Assembly: GCA_947478395.1 (NCBI GenBank) | Contig: CANJVR010000003.1 | Coordinates: forward strand, 288,001 to 352,000 | DNA length: 64,000 nt | Reading direction: 5' to 3' | From: Opitutia bacterium | GTDB taxonomy: Bacteria > Verrucomicrobiota > Verrucomicrobiia > Opitutales > Opitutaceae | Translations under genes and position numbers: made by a program | Shown: positions 57,644 to 64,000 of the stretch, piece after piece | Layout of the letters: every line of letters starts with the position of its first letter | Numbering within the stretch: the stretch's first letter is position 1 | Notes under the pieces: model-generated | What the model saw: only the letters and a program-made list of their open reading frames with translations | The model's database searches: none | What the model was told of the DNA's origin: nothing

Positions 57644-60600
57644 ATGTTGTTCTCATTGTCTTCCCGTCTCTGGCAAGTCCGCCTGTTCGCCGTCACGATT
57701 TTCGCCTCGCTGGGCTCTGCGCTTTTGGGGCAGCTCAACCAGCCCTCGGCGGGCGACGGCTTTGACCCCAACGCCAATGGCGTGGTCAACGTGGCCTTGG
57801 CGCAACGCGACGGGAAGATTGTGCTCGGGGGCTCATTCACGACGCTGCGGCCGAACGGCGCATCGGATAATGTGGACCGCAACGCCCTCGCTCGCGTGAA
57901 CACCGACGGCTCGCTGGATTTCGATTTTAATCCGAACGCCAACGGTCAGGTCTACGCCATGGCGCTCCAATCCGCGGGCGCTAATGCGGGTAAGATCATC
58001 GTTGCAGGGGCATTTACGAGTGTCGGTGGCGTGACGCGCAATCGCATCGCCCGCCTCAACACGGACGGCACGGTCGATTCCTCTTTCAACGTCGATCTCG
58101 CCGGCGGGCTCGCGCCCGAGGTGTATGCTTTGATCGTGTTGCCGGATGACCGGATCGTGATCGGCGGCGCCTTCACGACGGTCGGCGGCGTGACCCGCAA
58201 TCGTATTGCGCGGCTCTCCGCCAATGGGGCGCTGGATACGACTTATGATCCCAACGCGAGCGCGGCGGTGTTGAGTCTGGCGGTTCAACGCGACGGCAAA
58301 ATCATTCTCGGTGGCAGCTTCACGTCGTTACAACCAGCCGGAGACTCCTCGGCGACTACGCGTCGTTACCTTGCGCGGTTGAATCTCAACGGCACCGTTG
58401 ATTCGGAGTTTGATCCCAAGCCGGACAACACGGTTAGGACCATCGCGGTCCAGGTCGACGGAGCGATCTTGCTTGGCGGAAATTTCGGCGGTCTTCAGCC
58501 GACCGGCAGCGATGCCGCGATTTCGCGCAGCCGCATCGCCCGGCTCAATCCCAACGGTTCGCTCGACGCTTTTTACGCGCCGAATGCGAACGCCCAAGTC
58601 TCGGCGTTTGCCTTGCAACCAGACGGCCGGTTGCTCGTCGGCGGAAATTTCACGCAGCTGGTTCCGAATGGTGGAGCGACCGTGAGCCGTTCCTTCGTGG
58701 CGCGACTCAATGCGGACGGCACCGTGGACCTCAGCTTTCAGACTTTGTCTAACGCCGCCGTCAACGCGATCGCGCTTCAAACCGACGGCCGCGTGGTCGT
58801 GGGTGGTGCGTTTACGCAGTTGCGAGCGGCCGCCGTCGGTACGGTGCCGGTAAACCGCAATCGCGTCGCGCGGCTCAACATTGATGGTTCGCCTGACACG
58901 GCGCTCGATCCGGCCGCCAGCGGCTTGGTGCTCGTTCAGGCGGTGCAAAGTGACGGGAAGGTCGTCGTCGGCGGCACTTTCACGCTCATGGGCGGATTGA
59001 CGCGCAACTATATTGCCCGGCTGAACACGGACGGAACCGTCGACGGTTCCTTCAGTCCCGCGCTCAACGCCCCGGTCCAGACGATTGGGATCCAGTCCGA
59101 TCAAAAAATCCTGATCGGCGGTACGTTCACGAATATTGGCGGTGTGACGCGCAATTATCTCGCGCGCCTCAACGCCGATGGATCGCTCGACAATACCTTC
59201 AACCCGTCACCCACCAACCAGGTGAACTCGCTGGCCATCCAGACGGACGGTAAAATTATTCTTGCTGGAGCCTTCACGTCGCTATCCCCCGAAGGCGGGT
59301 CTTCAGTCGCGCGAAATCACCTCGCACGCCTCACCGCGGCTGGGGCAGTTGACACGACCTTCGATCCCAACTCGGACTCCGCGCCGAACGTGATCACGCT
59401 GCAAAGCGACCAAAAAATTCTGGTCGGCGGTAGCTTCAACGGCTTCACGCCAAACGGCGGCACCGGCGTCGCGCGGACCAATATGGCCCGGTTGAACACC
59501 GACGGTACGGTTGATACCACGTTCGATCCCCAGCCTAACGGAGCGGTGCTGACCCAAGTGGTACAGGCGGACGGCAAAATCGTGATCGGCGGATCCTTCG
59601 TCGTGCTTAATCCAAAGGGCGGCGCGGGCGTAATTCGTTACTATATTGCCCGGCTTAATGCGGACGGCACACTCGACACGGGCTATAATCCCCGGGCCAG
59701 CGATACGGTCGCATCACTGGCACTGCAAGCCGACGGCAAGGTGTTGGTCGGTGGACTTTTCTCGTTCCTGCGGCCGGGCGATGACGTCGCCAAAAATGCG
59801 ATCCGCAATCGCATCGCCCGCCTCAATGTTGATGGCACGGTCGATACCGGTTTCGATCCCAACGCCGGTGGGCAGGTGGCGACCGTAGTCTATCTTGCAT
59901 CGGGGAAAATTATCATGGGCGGCGGTTTCACTTCGCTGAAGCCCGCCGGGAAAGATTTGGTCTTGGCTCGCAACCGCATCGTTCGGCTCAACAGCGACGG
60001 CACGGTCGACGCGAGTTTTGATCCGACCGTGACCACGCAAAGTGCCGGATCGATCGAAGTCGTGGCGACCCAGTCCGACGGCAAACTGATCGTGGCGGGC
60101 GGTTTCAATAATTTTTCTGGATCGAGGAGCTCGAATCTAGCGCGCTTTGGGACTGGCGGCGATGCCGACGCGACATTCCTGCCGAACGCCGACGGACCGG
60201 TCTCCACCGTGCTGGTGCAGCCCTCGCGGACATCGGTGCCGACGGCGAACGTTTTCGCCTGGTTCAACCCCGACAGCACCCTGCGCGCGAGCTTCAAGAA
60301 TTCCGCTGTCGCTCAGCTTTCGGGCCAGATCAATGCCGTGTTGGCGCAGGCTGACGGCAAGATAATCGTCGCGGGTAATTTCACCAACAAGGCCGGTACG
60401 ACGGGAAATTATCTCCTGCGACTGAAGACCGATGGTACCTTCGATCCGACGTTCAATCCCAGCCCCGCGGGAGAGGTCAACGCCATCGCGCTCCAGTCCG
60501 ACGGTAAACTCGTCATCGGCGGCAGTTTCGATTCCGTCGGCGGCGCGACGCGTTACCGGATCGCGCGGTTGAACACCGATGGGTCCGTCGACACGGGCTA

Positions 60601-63526
60601 TAATCCTTACGCGGGCGATGTGGTCTACGCCCTCGCCATCCAGTCCGACGGAAAAGTCATCGTCGGTGGCGCCTTCACCACCTTTCAACCCAATGGCGCG
60701 AGCACCACGACCGCCCGCAGCTTTCTCGCCCGCCTTAACACCGATGGCACGCTAGACACCGCTTACAATCCCACCCCAAGCGCCTTGGTTCGCGCCCTAG
60801 TCATCCAGCCGGCCGATGGAAAACTGATCGTCGGTGGCGACTTTAATTCGTTTCAGCCCAACTCTGCGACTACGGCGACGACCCGTAATTTCATCGCGCG
60901 GTTGAATACCGATGCGACGCTCGACACCGAGTTCGACCCGAATGCCAATGCGGCGGTCTATGCGATCGCGCTGCAGTCCTACGATAATAAGCCCGTGATC
61001 GGCGGAGCATTTGGCCTCCTTCAACCGGCCAACGGCGGCGCCTTCGTCCGGAGTTACATCGCCCGCTTGAACACGAACGGTAGCGTCGATTCCAATTTCA
61101 ATCCGTCTCCGAACAACGCCGTACGCGCGGTCGCCGTCTCGTCCGACGGCTCCATCCTGCTCGGCGGCACGTTCACGGCTCTCCAGCCCGGGAGTAGTTT
61201 TTATCCGGTAGCGCGCAGTCATATCGCCCTGGTCGGAAGCGATGGCGCCCTTAACACCGGTTTTAATCCGAGTCCCGCTGGCGATGTTCTCGCCATCGCC
61301 TCGCTGGCGGATGGCAGCGTGCTGGCGGGCGGTTCGTTCACCAGCTTGACCTCGGATGCCAATCTGATCGTAGGCGGAAATTTCAAAAACATTGGCGGCA
61401 CCAGCCTCGCGTATCTGGCTCAGCTGGACGGAGCCGGTAGCGCCGTGCCCGGATTTGCGCCCAATCCCAACGGTGCGGTGAACGCCATTGTGCAGCAGCC
61501 CGACACCAAACTCATTGTCGGCGGCAGCTTCACGGCCATCGCCGGTCTGCCGCGAAACCGTCTGGCGCGCGTCACGACCGATGGCGTGTTGGATGCGACA
61601 TTCAACGCGGACGTCACCGGCACCGTTAACGCCCTCGCGCTCCAATCCGACGGCAGGCTCGTCGTCGGCGGCGCCTTTACTGCGATCACCGGCACGGCGC
61701 GCTCCAATCTCGCCCGCGTCAACGCCGACGGTTCGATCGAGGCCAGCTTCAATCCGCAGGCGAACGGCCAGATCAACGCCCTTTTGCTCCGGCCCAACGG
61801 GCAGATCGTCGTGGCTGGTTCATTCACCTCACTCGGCGGGCAGACCCGTAACCGGCTCGCCCGGCTCAATGCCGACGGTTCGGTGGACGCGAGTTTCAAC
61901 CCCAACGTGAACGGCACGGTCTTCTCGATCGTCGCGTCGGTCGACGGGAAGATCATTCTCGGCGGCACGTTCACCAGCGTTTCGGGCGTTGGTCGTAATA
62001 ACGTCGCGCGTTTAAACGCCGACGGCAGTCTCGATGCGTCGTTCGATCCCAACGCCGACGGATCTGTATTCGCCGTCGCCTTGCAGCCTGAAGGCGGGGT
62101 GGTGCTCGGCGGTGCTTTTAACGCGGTTACCGGCCAGTCCCGTTTCCGCCTTGCTCGCCTCGCGGTGGGCAACGCCGCTGCAGCTCAACTCATCAGCGCA
62201 TCCTCGAATCGGACGACGCTCACGTGGACGCGCACCGGTGGAGGGGCGGAACTTTCCGCGGCCCGTTTTGAAATTTCCACGGATGCGATTACCTGGACTC
62301 TGCTCGGCGCCGCGACGCGCGTCGGTGTTACTTCAAATTGGCAACTCACGGGGCTCAGCTTGGCGGCCGACAGCACGTTTTATGTTCGCGCTCTAGGCTC
62401 AGCGCCGACCTCGAAAAATACCTCGGCGGGACTCGTCCGCAGCGAGCAGATCTTTAACTTCGCGCAAACTCCGATATTTGGCACCGATGTAGTCGTGGGC
62501 GCTGTTGCCGATCAGGCTTTTCGTTACGCGGCATCCAACGGAAAAGCCGCCGCCTACACCGCCGCCGGCCTGCCAGCCGGCCTTAAGATCGATGCGGCAA
62601 CCGGTGTCATCACGGGTACGCCAACTGAAACCGGAACCTACAATGTCGTGGTTACTGCGACCAACGCCGGCGGCAACGTGAGCGCCGCGTTGCTCTTGAA
62701 CATCGGCGGCACCGGCAGTGCAGCCAGCGGCCAGTCGATCCGACTCATCAATCTTTCAGCCCTCGCCCAAGTGGGCACAAATGGAACGGCAATCACCGGC
62801 TTCGTCAGCACAGGTGGCACGGTACTCATCCGCGCCATCGGCCCCGGTCTGAGCGCCTTCGGCGTCAGTGGTGTACTAACCGATCCGGTGCTGCGGATTT
62901 ATGATGCCGCCGGAGCGCTCGTAACGTCCAACAACGACTGGAGCGGCTCCGATATTTCGTCGGCCAGCGTCGCCACGGGAGCATTCCCCCTCGCCGCAAA
63001 CAGCAAGGATGCAGCGCTGCTGCTCAACCTCGCCCCCGGTGGTTATACGGCACTCGTCACCAACGCCGATGCTCGCGGCGGCGCCCTGCTCACGGAAATC
63101 TACGATGCGAACGGCACAACATTGACGCCGCGTTTCCGCAATCTCTCCGCGCGCGCTCCCGTGGCGCCCGGCAGCCCGTTGGTCGGCGGCTTTGTCATCA
63201 CCGCCACCGATGCCTCCGGCACACAAAAGGTCTTGGTCCGCGGTGTCGGTCCCGGTCTCACGAAATTCAACGTGGCGAACGCCCTCGCGGATCCGGTCCT
63301 CAAAGTTTACGATGCATCCGGCCGCTTGATCGCGACGAGCAACGACTGGAGTGGCACCGACGTCGCCGCGGCCGCTGTGGCCACGGGAGCATTTGCGCTT
63401 GAGGCCGGTAGCAAGGATGCGGCGCTGTTGCTCACCCTCGCTCCGGGCGGCTACACGTTTGAAATCACCGCGGCTCCGAACAGTGCCGCCGGTGAAGCGC
63501 TCGCCGACATCTACGCTGCGCCGTAA
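57644..63526 (+). CDS. Large secreted delta-60 repeat (beta-propeller) protein with an Ig-like (He_PIG) domain and duplicated C-terminal domains
   Basis: Signal peptide; many A.Q.DGKI..GG.F...R..IARLN.DG..D..F.P repeats; GLPAGL.ID..TG.I.GTPT; two RLINLS/RFRNLS...DP.L..YD...NDW...GAF.L...SKDAALLL..PGGYT units. Confidence 0.88.
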   Translation: MLFSLSSRLWQVRLFAVTIFASLGSALLGQLNQPSAGDGFDPNANGVVNVALAQRDGKIVLGGSFTTLRPNGASDNVDRNALARVNTDGSLDFDFNPNANGQVYAMALQSAGANAGKIIVAGAFTSVGGVTRNRIARLNTDGTVDSSFNVDLAGGLAPEVYALIVLPDDRIVIGGAFTTVGGVTRNRIARLSANGALDTTYDPNASAAVLSLAVQRDGKIILGGSFTSLQPAGDSSATTRRYLARLNLNGTVDSEFDPKPDNTVRTIAVQVDGAILLGGNFGGLQPTGSDAAISRSRIARLNPNGSLDAFYAPNANAQVSAFALQPDGRLLVGGNFTQLVPNGGATVSRSFVARLNADGTVDLSFQTLSNAAVNAIALQTDGRVVVGGAFTQLRAAAVGTVPVNRNRVARLNIDGSPDTALDPAASGLVLVQAVQSDGKVVVGGTFTLMGGLTRNYIARLNTDGTVDGSFSPALNAPVQTIGIQSDQKILIGGTFTNIGGVTRNYLARLNADGSLDNTFNPSPTNQVNSLAIQTDGKIILAGAFTSLSPEGGSSVARNHLARLTAAGAVDTTFDPNSDSAPNVITLQSDQKILVGGSFNGFTPNGGTGVARTNMARLNTDGTVDTTFDPQPNGAVLTQVVQADGKIVIGGSFVVLNPKGGAGVIRYYIARLNADGTLDTGYNPRASDTVASLALQADGKVLVGGLFSFLRPGDDVAKNAIRNRIARLNVDGTVDTGFDPNAGGQVATVVYLASGKIIMGGGFTSLKPAGKDLVLARNRIVRLNSDGTVDASFDPTVTTQSAGSIEVVATQSDGKLIVAGGFNNFSGSRSSNLARFGTGGDADATFLPNADGPVSTVLVQPSRTSVPTANVFAWFNPDSTLRASFKNSAVAQLSGQINAVLAQADGKIIVAGNFTNKAGTTGNYLLRLKTDGTFDPTFNPSPAGEVNAIALQSDGKLVIGGSFDSVGGATRYRIARLNTDGSVDTGYNPYAGDVVYALAIQSDGKVIVGGAFTTFQPNGASTTTARSFLARLNTDGTLDTAYNPTPSALVRALVIQPADGKLIVGGDFNSFQPNSATTATTRNFIARLNTDATLDTEFDPNANAAVYAIALQSYDNKPVIGGAFGLLQPANGGAFVRSYIARLNTNGSVDSNFNPSPNNAVRAVAVSSDGSILLGGTFTALQPGSSFYPVARSHIALVGSDGALNTGFNPSPAGDVLAIASLADGSVLAGGSFTSLTSDANLIVGGNFKNIGGTSLAYLAQLDGAGSAVPGFAPNPNGAVNAIVQQPDTKLIVGGSFTAIAGLPRNRLARVTTDGVLDATFNADVTGTVNALALQSDGRLVVGGAFTAITGTARSNLARVNADGSIEASFNPQANGQINALLLRPNGQIVVAGSFTSLGGQTRNRLARLNADGSVDASFNPNVNGTVFSIVASVDGKIILGGTFTSVSGVGRNNVARLNADGSLDASFDPNADGSVFAVALQPEGGVVLGGAFNAVTGQSRFRLARLAVGNAAAAQLISASSNRTTLTWTRTGGGAELSAARFEISTDAITWTLLGAATRVGVTSNWQLTGLSLAADSTFYVRALGSAPTSKNTSAGLVRSEQIFNFAQTPIFGTDVVVGAVADQAFRYAASNGKAAAYTAAGLPAGLKIDAATGVITGTPTETGTYNVVVTATNAGGNVSAALLLNIGGTGSAASGQSIRLINLSALAQVGTNGTAITGFVSTGGTVLIRAIGPGLSAFGVSGVLTDPVLRIYDAAGALVTSNNDWSGSDISSASVATGAFPLAANSKDAALLLNLAPGGYTALVTNADARGGALLTEIYDANGTTLTPRFRNLSARAPVAPGSPLVGGFVITATDASGTQKVLVRGVGPGLTKFNVANALADPVLKVYDASGRLIATSNDWSGTDVAAAAVATGAFALEAGSKDAALLLTLAPGGYTFEITAAPNSAAGEALADIYAAP

Positions 63527-63532
63527 CGCGGC

Positions 63533-63565
63533 AGGTAGAGCGTGTTGATCCAACGCGCTCTACCT
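63533..63565. terminator. Hairpin between convergent genes (GTAG REP-like / bidirectional terminator)
   Basis: AGGTAGAGCGTGTTG-ATC-CAACGCGCTCTACCT. Confidence 0.6.
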
Positions 63566-63579
63566 AATAAAGCGCACGC

Positions 63580-64000
63580 TCACCAATTATCCGAGCGAAA
63601 CGGCACGGCGGGTAGCCCCGCGCCGTTGTATAAATTTGCCTCCGGCGAATTTTTCCACGCGTAGCGCACGGCCACGGGCTCCTTCACGTCCGGCGCCGAA
63701 ACGAGCAAGGCGTCGCGGTCGATCTTGGCGCTCGCCGGCCGGAAAACTTTGTTCGGCCCGGCGACTTCGAGCGACTGTACAGGCTTGTCGTGTGCAATCA
63801 GACCCGAACTGGCGTGGGCAAATTTGATGCGCAGCGCGGAGCCTTCCCGGGTCGCGCCGGTGAAGGTGGGTCCGGTGTCGTCGCTGATCGCGCCGTAGAG
63901 CCGATTTTTGGCGAGCAGTGCGAGGCGACGGCCCACGTCCTGTTTGTTGGTCGGATGCACGTTGTCGGGATTCCCGAGGTCGATCGCGAGCGCCTGACCG
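63580..64000 (-). CDS. Sialate O-acetylesterase family protein (C-terminal part; runs off the right edge)
   Basis: IDLG..NVHPTNKQDVG.RLA and AVRYAW.N.PEANLYN..GLPA.PFRSD.W. Confidence 0.88.
   Translation of the reverse strand, partial: GQALAIDLGNPDNVHPTNKQDVGRRLALLAKNRLYGAISDDTGPTFTGATREGSALRIKFAHASSGLIAHDKPVQSLEVAGPNKVFRPASAKIDRDALLVSAPDVKEPVAVRYAWKNSPEANLYNGAGLPAVPFRSDNW

Noticed and set aside
57700..62170. Repetitive DNA resembling an array
   Set aside because: Protein-level delta-60 repeats with synonymous divergence; not a CRISPR or ncRNA array.
1..64000. tRNA, rRNA, CRISPR arrays, transposases, integrases and prophage genes
   Set aside because: None recognised by eye. Small structured RNAs could be missed without a covariance-model search.

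Overview
A GC-rich bacterial chromosome segment of mostly housekeeping and metabolic genes. Gene style suggests Verrucomicrobiota, probably Opitutaceae (inference from the small secreted TonB-C protein and the delta-60 repeat protein with tandem RLxNLS C-terminal domains). From left to right it contains: a fatty-acid modification operon (desaturase, COG2907 flavoprotein, DUF1365, cfa-like methyltransferase); glyQS; a SWIM-SNF2 helicase; an NDH-2-like enzyme with a cNMP-like tail; two pseudogenes; a sugar ABC system with a fused binding protein/permease; RelE-like-pssA-dnaN with an oriC-like spacer; pdxH, sixA, GH88 and rlmN; a rhombosortase with its GlyGly-CTERM lipoprotein; miaB, gmk and gnd; a moaA/moeA/moaCDE cluster; a stand-alone polyvalent-protein-type kinase; and a ~1960-aa delta-60 surface protein. 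I saw no rRNA, tRNA, CRISPR array, transposase or prophage. The least-explained signals are non-coding: (1) a Val6 leader-peptide/attenuator-like ORF upstream of the lipid operon; (2) a 19-bp palindrome present both in-frame inside rlmN and between genes; (3) two copies of a ~200-bp terminal-inverted-repeat element; (4) a candidate oriC upstream of dnaN with no adjacent dnaA. All calls come from reading motifs by eye; no searches were run.
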